Shown piece after piece: positions 53,897 through 64,000 of a DNA stretch of 64,000 bases. Both the position numbers and the translations under genes were made by a program. How positions within the stretch are numbered: the first letter of the stretch is position 1; each line of letters opens with the position of its first letter. The notes beneath the pieces are model-generated. The model was given only the letters and a program-made list of their open reading frames with translations, made no database searches and was not told the origin of the DNA. The DNA lies in contig NC_057719.1 of assembly GCF_004010195.1 (NCBI RefSeq), forward strand, positions 81,196,682 through 81,260,681, read 5' to 3'. Source of the stretch: Chiloscyllium plagiosum (taxonomy: Eukaryota).

Positions 53897-54099
53897 TGTA
53901 TCTCCTACATAAAAAATATTTTCCTCATATTTCTTCTCACTTCAATCTGTTCCCTTTGTTCTGAAACCTTCTAACAATGAGAGTAGTTTCTTGCTGGTTA
54001 CTCTGCCCAGATGAACCTCATGATCAGAATGTCTCAATTTTAGAAAACCAAGAACCGTGGATGAAGATCTGAAACAAAAACACAAATTGCTGGAGTAAG

Positions 54100-55265
54100 G
54101 ACTTCATCCCACTTCCATCTCTGTTGCATTTGTTGCGATGATATCACCTTCTGCCGAGGGGCCTCAGACAAGTCCACTTTTTTTCCTCAACTGAGCAGAT
54201 CCCCTACTGTGGTCAGTAGGGCCCTTAGCCAGGTTTGACCCATGTCCTGAACTTCTGCTCTCACCCCCTCCTTCCCATTTACAATGATCAGGTCCCCCCG
54301 TCCTCACTTACAATGCACCAGCCTCCACATCCAAAGGATTGTAAGCTGCTATTTCTGTCACTTCAAATGGGATGGCACAACAAGATACACATTCCTCTCC
54401 CCTCACTTATCAGCATTCCACTGGAATCATTCCCTCTGGAACACACTGGTCGACGACTCCACCATTCCCAACACTCCCACAGCAATTGCATACGGTGCAA
54501 CACCTGCCTATTTACTTCTTCCCTCCTCGCTATCCAAGGCCTAGACATATGTTCCAGTTGAAGTAGCAATTTATCTACATTTCGTTTAAACTGCTTTACT
54601 GTATTGACTGTTCACAATGTAGTCTTCTCGACATTGGAGAGAAGAAATGCAGGTTGGATGATCACTCTGCAGAACATCTATTTTCTGTCTGAAAAGGTGA
54701 CCCAGAGCTTCAACTGCCTGCCACTTCAACACACAACCATGTTCCTTGGTGAATGTGTGTCTCAAGTCTGCTGCAGTGTTTCAGCAAGCCTCAGTGCAAG
54801 TTGGAAGAACAGCATCTCATTTTCTACTTGGGCACTCTGCAGCCCCTAGAAAGCAACATCAAGTTTAACTTTAGAGCCTGATTCAAACCTTCCATGTTGT
54901 TACGGTATTGTTATAAGATGGGTTGCTCTTAGCACAGTCACCCATTCTCATGTACTTCTCAACACATTTCACATTATATGGGTTGCATTCAGTAAAGTTC
55001 ACCCATTTTACCACTTTTAGTTAATATTATCAATTACTCAGCTTCTCTCCTGTCCTGACCTGCTATCCATAATCTGGTTTACCAACCCTTTTCATCTCTT
55101 TCTTCCAGGTCTCCATTTCCACCTACCCACTCATCTCTCCACAACTCACCCACCCCAATTCCCACATCAGTTTCTGCATAAATACCATCTTTTCTGAGCT
55201 GCTAACATTTCTGATGAAGAGTCACCAGACTTAAAATGTTAACTCTGCTTTCTTCCCAGAGATCC
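54100..55265 (+). mobile_element. Highly decayed Penelope-like remnant
   Basis: Ends in pLTR-type TTCTGATGAAGAGTCACCAGACTTAAAATGTTAACTCTG. Confidence 0.55.
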
Positions 55266-57774
55266 TGCCTCCATCCAATCTTCTCTAGACCTTTCTAAGA
55301 AGTATCCCAGCTTTTCCCATATCTTGTTGTCCTCCAGTCTTCACATCCATCTGAAGGTAGTGTCCAGGATTAGGCACAATACTCCAGGTGCAGCCATACC
55401 AGAGAGTTTCAGAAACAATAATTCTTGCTTTCCGCTATGTGGCTCTATTTAAAAAGACACACAATCTTCACTTATAAACATTTCCTTAATCTGCCTTATT
55501 GCATTCAACAAATTAAAGCCACAAATTCCTAAGGTGTCTCTGTCCCTGTACCTACCCTAGAATTATATTCTTTAGTTTACATTGCCTGTTTGTTCTTTTG
55601 ACTTAAAATGTAACACATTGCATTTGAATGCCTTAAATTGCATCTGTAATATTTCTGCACCTAAGCTTTGACATTATTGCAGACCATTAAAAGCTATGAT
55701 CCCAATATCAACCTCTGGGGAGTATCGTTATACATCTTCCTTCACTTTGAAAAACTTTTCACCACTACGGTTTCCTGTCACTCAGGAATATTCAGATTCA
55801 TAATCCATTTTCCTTTCCATTCCATTTCATGGCTTCAGGTTGGCTCACAGGCCTATATAGCATTTGTCAGAATCCTTTTGCAAGTCCATAAGCACATTTC
55901 AATTGCATTACCATTATCAAGCCTCTCAGTTCCTCATCAAAACATTCAATCCAGTCAGCAAATTCCAACAAATTTATGCTTACCCACCTTACCCAAGTGG
56001 CACTTAGTTTTGTACAGGATTTTTTTTTCAAAAAGTTACCACTAAATTTGAACTGGGTGATATTGATTGATCCTGGAACATATTAGCTGGGAACCACCAA
56101 CTGTCAACATTCCACCTGTAGATTTGAGACCTGTGATTCCAAAGGCGTTGACAAGGATTTTATTGGTAGATTGGTTAGCGACTCTACATTACCACCAGAA
56201 ATTTGAAGCATCAATGTTCAAAATGCAAAAACTATTTGGCTTCCAAGTCCAAACATCCCTCATCTAGCACATCATTTAAACTTGTATCTAGTTTATGCAA
56301 CAGCCTTTCACCTTCAAGCCTTGTTGCCCTATCTGGGCAGATGTGCTTAATTTTGTGCACCATACCTCTAGAAAGATATAGCCCTTGGAGGTGGCACCAA
56401 ATTATACCAAACATTTGGGATCTAATTATGAGGGCAAGTTGCATTTACTAATTGTATAGCTTGAGATTTGAAGGTTGAAGTGTTGAAGACTGTTTCTTGA
56501 GTTAGTCACTGAGCAGTGTGTAGGGAGATGGATTCCAGTTTAAAAGAGTGACAGCTTGGAGAGTCAAGACCAAGCAGACACTGCGATGGCATGAATGTTG
56601 ATGTAGGTTTAAGTGATAATTGCTGTGAAAATTGAGGAGAGCACACTTTTGGAAGATTGTAAGGGTGAAGGAGATTACAAGTAAAGTCGTGAAGGGACTT
56701 CATGATGCCAAGGGAAAAACAAAATGAGAAGTTTAAAACTAATGCATGACCAGACAATGAGCCATGACAGCTCAGGGATTGTAGCTAAATGAAACTTGGT
56801 GAGAGTTACGATGCAGACAATGAAGGTTTGGATGAGTTGAGTCTACAAAGGGTGTGGAAGGTAGGGTAAGAATGGGAAATTGGTCAGTTCAATAGATCAC
56901 CAATCAATGCAAAAGAAGGCAGATATGAACATTGTTCAGGAGACTTAAGCTATATTTAACTTACATATTACATGGTGTCAAACCAAAACTGAAGATTCAC
57001 TCCTCTAAAAAATGTTCCAGCATTACAATTTTAAAGTCAGTGAGGAATTTCTTTGCACAAAAGCTGAAAATGGAGTGGCGATGCATATGTAAAACATTAA
57101 TCTTTCAAGCTTCAGTCTGTATGCCTTCTTTCTTGTATAAACAAATTACTTCTATGTTGTTAACAAAATCATGAGGAACTGAGAAAAGTGATGAGATTAA
57201 AAGAACAGCATTTCCATTGAAATAGAACAAGGATGTCATGGGTTCCAACTAAATGCTAATTCAAAATTTTATGTCTGATAAAAGCACCCCATTGTCATGA
57301 AACAATGGCATTTCTTTTTTAAACAAATGTGAAAGACATTGTCATCTCTGGCAGTGAATGGTACCATGTGCCAGTCACAGTAATACAATGAATATTTCTC
57401 CACTTTGTGCAACAGAAAGGCATTCATACAGTACTGTGGTCACAGCTCAGCGGTGACTCACTATATCCAATCAGCTAAAAATAACAGGCTGCCTTTGAAA
57501 AGCTAGCCCGGAGACCCAGTGCTTGCATTTGGAGAGAACAGGGGTCTTTGGCACAAATCCATACCTCAGTTCAGGCTGCCGTGATCAACATTTCACTTAT
57601 TAACAAATTGAAACCCAATTACACAAAATAAATGGTATTCTAGTTGCTCACCTATCATTCAGAAATTATTCTTTACAGAAAGCAATCTGTAGAGATGAAA
57701 ATGATTGTGGACTGCTAGGCCACCAGTTCAAAGGATTTCAGAGTACCTGATCACCATTAACACAATTAGCTTAA

Positions 57775-58156
57775 AGTTAAAAATCTCACAACACCAGGTT
57801 ATAGTCCAACAGGTTTAATTGGAAGATGTTGGTCTGAGATCAATTGTTACAGTTAACCTGAGAATGTAACTTTTAAAAAGAGTTTTGTGATTTACATATG
57901 AAAGAAGTGAAACTATCATGGTCATTCTAACATGTGACTCTTAAACAACCAAGTTATTTTTTAATGTATAATTTCAGTTACATCACACTGTAAACTTTTG
58001 CTATAAATTCTCTGTCTTACAATTGTCTCCTCCACAACCACCTGATGAAGGAGCAGTGCTCCGAAAGCTAGTGATTCCAATTAAACCTGCTGGACTATAG
58101 CCTGGTGTGTGATTTTTAACTTTGTACACCCCAGTCCAACACCGGCATCTCCAAAC
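57775..58156 (+). mobile_element. Penelope pLTR insertion with short inverted 5' arm
   Basis: 14-bp TSD CACAATTA(G/T)CTTAA (57761-57774 and 58157-58170); hammerhead motif 58039-58073. Confidence 0.87.
58039..58073 (+). ncRNA. Minimal hammerhead ribozyme motif (putative)
   Basis: CAC-CTGATGA-A-GGAGC(AGT)GCTCC-GAAA-GCTA-GTG: core boxes, helix II and 3-bp helix I. Confidence 0.6.
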
Positions 58157-58348
58157 CACAATTATCTTAAGTAATTCTTTTGCACTGCTATGTATAAGCA
58201 AGTGTGTTTCTAAAGTTAATTAATACACAAAGTTTAAAGAAACAGCAGCTTGGACTTGCAAACACTGTATCAGTTGTGAAGTGACTTGTTGGAAAGAAAG
58301 GATGCTGCATCACAGTTAACAAAAGACAAAAATAAATTGGAAGGCACG

Positions 58349-59015
58349 TCATAGAGATGTACAGCACGGAAACAGACCGTTTCATCCAACTCATCCATGC
58401 CGACCAGATATCCCAACCCAATCTAGTCCCATTTTTAGATTAGATTAGATTACATTACTTAGTGTGGAAACAGGCCCTTTGGCCCAACAAGTCCACACCG
58501 ACCCACCGAAGCGCAACCCACCCAGACCCATTCCCTTACATTCACCCCTGCCCCTAACACTATGGGTAATTTAGCATGGTCAATTCACCTAACCTGCACA
58601 TTTTTGGACTGTGGGAGGAAACCGGAGCATGCGGAGGAAACCCACGCAGACACGGGGAAAATGTGCAAACTCCACACAGTCAGTTGCCTGAGGCGGGAAT
58701 TGAACCCGGGTCTCTGGCACAGTGAGGCAGCAGTGCTAACCAGTGTGCCAGCACTTGGCCCATATCCCCTAAACCCTTCCTTTCATATACCCATCCAGAT
58801 GCCTTTTAAATGTTGTAATTGTACCAGCCTCCTCGACTTCCTCTCTCAGCTCATTCCATTCACACACCATCCTCTGCCCCTTAGGTCCCTTTTAAATCTT
58901 TCCCCTCTCAAACTGAACCTTTTGCCCTCTGGTTCTGGACTCCCCCATCCCAGGGAAAAGATGCTCCTCATGATTTTATAAACCTCTATTAGGTCACCCC
59001 TCAGCCTTTGATGCT
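58349..59015 (-). mobile_element. CR1 3' fragment with nested SINE
   Basis: GTCATAGAGATGTACAGC tail; resumes after the SINE near 58750. Confidence 0.88.
58435..58749 (-). mobile_element. HE1-like SINE nested in a CR1 tail
   Basis: B box, body and (TAATC)n tail. Confidence 0.92.
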
Positions 59016-60292
59016 CTACCAGCTCAGTGAGCAAATTTACAATCTGAGCTCCAGATCTTCTTCAAAATCTCAAATCTCCTTGAAATGCTTTCAATATCCT
59101 GTAATAATTGTGTATCATAATCAATTTACTTTCACATACCCATCAGGATCAGAGAAACTTACAAAATCAGGCCCACATCTTATCTTTTCCTTTAAAATAT
59201 TCGATTTCATGCATGCCCATTGACTTTTGAGTGTTCATATGGAGGCTCATAACATTCATGAAATTTTAGCATTTCTTTTTTAAACAGATTGTGCATTCCA
59301 GATCCTTGTGTCCTTCCAAATAAAACAAATTTTCATTGCCACTCATATTCTTTGGCCAATTATTTCAAAATAGTTATTCTGGTTACTATCCATTGCTCCA
59401 ATCAATTCCCAATCTTATTCATTCCTCTGTCAAAGCCTGTCACAATTTTGACAATTTCTAGTTGATTTTCTCTTCTCTTCCCTATAGAATACAATTCAAG
59501 GCTTTTTCAATTACTTCATATAACTGAACCTTTTAGGCTTGGTAACATTCTAGTTAATCTTCTCTGGATCATCTCCAATGTCTTAATTGAAGAAATTAAG
59601 ACTGCAATCTATCATAATCATGTGATCTGAGGTGGTTGCTTTCAGTTTTGAGAAAAGCCATTAAAGCCTACATATGGAACATAAATGCTAGATATGTGCA
59701 GCTGAAATTGTATGGACTTTGAAAAGAGAGAGCCAGCTACTCTAAGAAACAGTAAGGATTAAGTGCAATTTGCCATTTTGTACGACTGAGTCAAGATGGC
59801 TTTGAATTTTCCACAGGAGCAGGGACTGGAGATGAAAGGTAATGAGATGGAGTTGGGACTCCTGCCAAACATGATGGCAAAACTATAAGAAACAGTCATA
59901 CAGTTTAACAGGAAACCTGAACAAATAAAAGAAAACAGTGCTTTAAATCGTGTAGCACCCTAGACATCAATGAGGATAAGAAAAGACAGTGTGGAGAAAT
60001 TCCTGAAAATCCATTTTGAACCCTTTAGTCATGTTATTTATGAGTGGTATGATTTAATACCAGAGAGGGAGAATATTGATCAGTATGTGATTCACTGAGC
60101 AGTTGAAAAATCAGGCAACTAAAAGAACCCAAAGTCATCAGATGGAAATGTTTTCAAATGAGATTCTGCTGAAATGAGAGACACTTCCATTCAAGAAAGC
60201 TACTTACAAGTGCAGAATATTTGAGGTTGTCAGTCATCAGATAGAGGGGGTTACTGGGAGAGCAGATGAGTCTTTGAATAATGTTGAGACAC

Positions 60293-62352
60293 AGAATCAT
60301 AGAGACATACAGCACGAAACAGACTCGTTGGTCCAACTCTACCATGACACCCAAGTTTCCCAAACTAAACTAGTCCCACTTGCCTGCATTTGGCCCATAT
60401 CCCTCTAGATCTTTCCTATTCATGTACCTGTGCAAATATCTTTTAAATGTAATGACTGTACCTGCATCTATCACTTGTTCTGGCAGTTCATTCCACGTAT
60501 GAACCAACCTCTGTGTGGTAAAGTTGCCCCTCCGGTCCCTTTTAAATCTTTCTCCTCTCCTTTCTCACCTTAAATATGCCCCCAAGTTTTGAACACACCC
60601 ACTTTTGCTATTCACTTTATCTATACCCCTCATGATTTTATAAACCTTTATAGGGTCACCCCTCAACCTCCTACGTTGCAATGAGAAAAGTACCAGCCTT
60701 GATCCATTTAGAAAATACTCTATTCTTTCTACCAAAGTGTATAACCACATTTTTCCACATTGTATTCCATTGACGACTTTCTTTGCCCATTCCTAGTCTG
60801 CACAAGTCATTCTGCAACCCTACCTGCTTCCTCAACACAATCTGTCCTTCCAGTTACCTTTGTGTCATCTCCAAACCTAGCAACAATGTCCTCAGTTCCT
60901 TTGTCCCAACATGGACTCCTTCAGAACTCCACTCGTCACCATAGGTCAGTGTAATAAAAGACCTCTTTACCACTACTCTCTGCCTTCTGCCAGTCAGCCA
61001 ATCCTCTATCCATGCCAATACCTTGCCCCTAACTCCATGGACTCTTGTCTTATTTAGCAGCCTCCTGTGTGGCATCTTGCCAACAGATGTCTAGAAATTC
61101 AAACAGATCACATCCACTGACTTTCAATTGTCTAACTTACTCATTACTCCCTCAAAAAACTCTAACAGATTTGTCAGGGATAACTTCTCCTTGATTAAGT
61201 CAGCATGACTTAGACTTATTTTACCATGCATTTCCAAGTACTCAACAATCTCATTCTTAATAATGGACACTAAAATCTTACCAGTAACAGAGGCCAGGTG
61301 ACCTAACCTTCTAATTCCTGTCTTCTACCTCTCTCCCTTCTGAAACAGGGGTGTTACATGAGCCATTTTCCAATCCTCTGGGACCCTCCCTAATTCTGGT
61401 GATTGCTGAAAGATCATCAATGCCTCCATTGTCTCCTTCACAACGTTGGAGTGTAGTCTACCTAGTCTGGGTGATTTATCCACCTTCAGACTTTTCAGCT
61501 TCCACATCACGTTCACCTCTGCCCCTGACTCTCAAAGTTCTGATAAGCTGCTGGTGTTTTCCATTCTGAAAACTGATACAATGTATGTATGTATCTTTGT
61601 TCCCCATTACTACTTCTCCAGCCTCATTTTCCAGTGATCTAATGTCCTTTTGCCTCTCATCTTTTGGATATCTACAAAACCTATTGCAATCTTACTACTA
61701 GCTAAATTAAGCTTATATTTCATCTTCTCCCCCTTTATTGCTTTTTTCAGTTGTTCTCTGCTGGCTTTAAAGGCTTCCCAAACTTCTGGCTTTCTATACA
61801 TCTTCACCACATTGTATGCTTTTCTCTTTCACTTGTTCCTGACATTCCCTGTCAGCAATGTTACAAATCACACAACACCAGGTTATAGTCCAACAGGTTT
61901 AATTGGAAGCACTGGCTTTCCGAGTGCCGCTCCTTCATCAGGTGGTTGACCTGAAGGAGCAGCACTCTGAAAGCTAGTGCTTCCAATTAAACCTGTTGGA
62001 CTATAACCTGGTGTTGTGTGATTTGTAACTTTGTACACCCCAGTCCAACACTGGTATCTCCAAATCAAGCCTGTCAGCAATGGTTGCCTCACTCTCCCCT
62101 TATGTTTCTTCTTCCTTGGGCTGTGCTTCCCAAATTACCCCTCGAATTACCCCATTACTGCCCAACTGTCTTCTTGGCCAGGCTCCCCTTCCAACTCCTC
62201 CCTCATGCCTTTACTCAATTGTAATAGCATTACATCAGATTCCAGCTTCTCCCTCTCAAACTGCAGGGTGAGTTCTATCACATTATTGTTACTGTCCCCT
62301 AGGAGTTCCTTCACCTTAAGCTCCCTAATCAAGTCCACCTCATTCAAAATGT
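60293..62352 (-). mobile_element. CR1 3' fragment plus older CR1 ORF2 remnants
   Basis: Degenerate ORF2 peptides (PHRRLLNK..HGVRGKVLAWIEDWL; VPEDWKMAHVTPLF). Confidence 0.8.
61861..62069. mobile_element. Penelope pLTR-derived palindromic insertion
   Basis: Inverted arms; 13-bp TSD CCTGTCAGCAATG (61848-61860 and 62070-62082). Confidence 0.88.
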
Positions 62353-63049
62353 AAAGGAGGGGCATTGGCAAGTGATGCTCAATGAAAGTGGCAGTTTATT
62401 TGGCTACTTTCTGGATACTATTTAGAAGGTATCATTGGGTCTACATGGCATTTGACATTTGCACTCCTTTGGAAGAGTATCATCATAAGGAAGGTAACAG
62501 TTTGTGATTTTCCTGGAGTTGGAGCGATTATGAATGATCTGCAATTGCGTGGTTATGGAGTTGCAATGAAAGTTGCTATCACAGCCCACGATCATAATCT
62601 AGTTAGACTGCTAGAGAAAGTTCACTAGAGGAAGGTTAAACTGTAGGAGGAAAAGATAGAATTGAAGCCTGACAGTAAAAGAGCTTTGCCCTGATCCTGA
62701 TTAGGTGAAAGCTCTAATTCAGATTCAGCAAGCAATTGATGTGAAAGCAGTGAAACAATTTGGTCAATTTGTGAATCACCTAGCGAAGCTCTTGGGCTAA
62801 TTTGTCAGCAGACTGAGAACCTTTGCACCAACTCACTGCTAAGAGGAGCAGTCATATTTGGACTTGGAGCAAGAAACTGCTTTCACTTGCACCAAACAAC
62901 TAGTAACAGCAACGCCAGTACTGAGGAGCAAGAATGTCAATGAAGCTATGTTCTAGTGTGACACCAGGAAAACAGGACTTAGCTAAACTCTCATGCACTA
63001 AAAACAGTTACATTTGCATCCAAGGTGTTTATGCAAAATTAATATCTTT

Positions 63050-63540
63050 CCTTGGGGCTGGAGAATGAACAGAGCAGATACCAAACAATGTTTCCAGTGA
63101 TGAAGGAGTGCAGAACCAGGGGTCACAATCTAAAGGTACAGGAAAGGACTGTGATGAGAAATGTATGTTTTATCCAGAGAGTGGCAAGCCTGTGCAATTC
63201 TTTACCACAAAAAGTAGTTGAGGCCAAAACATTTAAGAGGAAAAAGTGAGGACTGCAGATGCTGGAGATCAAAGTCACTGGGAAAGCACAGAAGGTCAGG
63301 CAGCATCCGAAGCGCAGGAGAATTAACATTTCAGGCATAAGCCCTTCAGCAGGAAACATTTAAGTGTTTTCAAGAAGGAGGTCAATACAGTTCTTTGGGC
63401 TGGGGTGAATCAAAGAGTATGGAGAGAAAGCAGGAACTGGGTACTGAGTTGGATGATCAGCCATGTCCAAACTGAATGCAGGGGCAAGCTCAAAAGGGCC
63501 AAATGACCTACTCCTGCTCCTACTCTCTGTCTTTCTATGT
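63050..63540 (+). mobile_element. Old CR1 3' fragment interrupted by a Penelope pLTR piece (about 63240-63356)
   Basis: RTRGHNLK-like peptide and CR1-type 3' UTR. Confidence 0.7.
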
Positions 63541-64000
63541 ATCAATCAACAACTTGTAAAGGTGCCATTCAACAACACAAACACTTTAGAGATTATGGGA
63601 ATGGTAAGTGTGCAGGAACAGGCAAAGTGGAACAGATTGGAATGCATAGTTTTTGTTCACAAGTGATAATTTTCTTCATTAAAAACATACGTTGGGTAAC
63701 TTGTAGCAGCAAATGATGGCTCATAATTTGTTTTACTTGTTAGTTTTTAAATGTAAAGGATATTTGGAGAAATGCATTTATATACTGACTTGCCCTAGCT
63801 ATGTGACCTCTGTAGTAGTTGTCTTCAATTTAGAGAGAAAAACCACCAAAGTCTACACATTAAGTAACGTCTTTCCAACGATGTGACACAGAATTCTACC
63901 CAAGACACTAGTGACTTCAGTAAGTTTTGTATGACTCATGTTTTCAAATTCAATGATTGTAAGTATAAAGCTAATTGTCCCATATGCTTTCTTAACTTCC

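Overview
This is vertebrate genomic DNA, almost certainly from a shark. That inference rests on HE1-type SINEs, HER1/CR1-type LINEs and shark-style Penelope repeats; the species is not determinable here. The window lies within the PACS2 gene on the minus strand: nine coding exons (equivalent to human exons 2-10) were delimited by GT-AG sites and join in frame, while exon 1 and exons 11+ were not found. The introns are transposon-rich. The main accessory feature is a complete but coding-decayed 8.18-kb class I (gamma-like, probably HERV-I/IP-related) endogenous retrovirus at 29073-37255, antisense in intron 2. It has both LTRs, a CCTG TSD, a perfect tRNA-Pro PBS, gag-UAG-pro-pol, env and a PPT. 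The most unusual structure is a 3.66-kb composite at 50235-53898: a CpG-rich LTR with a tRNA-Ser PBS, a gag-like start, a pentamer satellite, a fold-back LTR fragment and an antisense CR1, all bounded by a TATC repeat inside an older repeat. Several small Penelope-derived insertions carry minimal hammerhead-ribozyme motifs, often as head-to-head palindromes with TSDs. There are three N-gaps. All alignments were done by eye.
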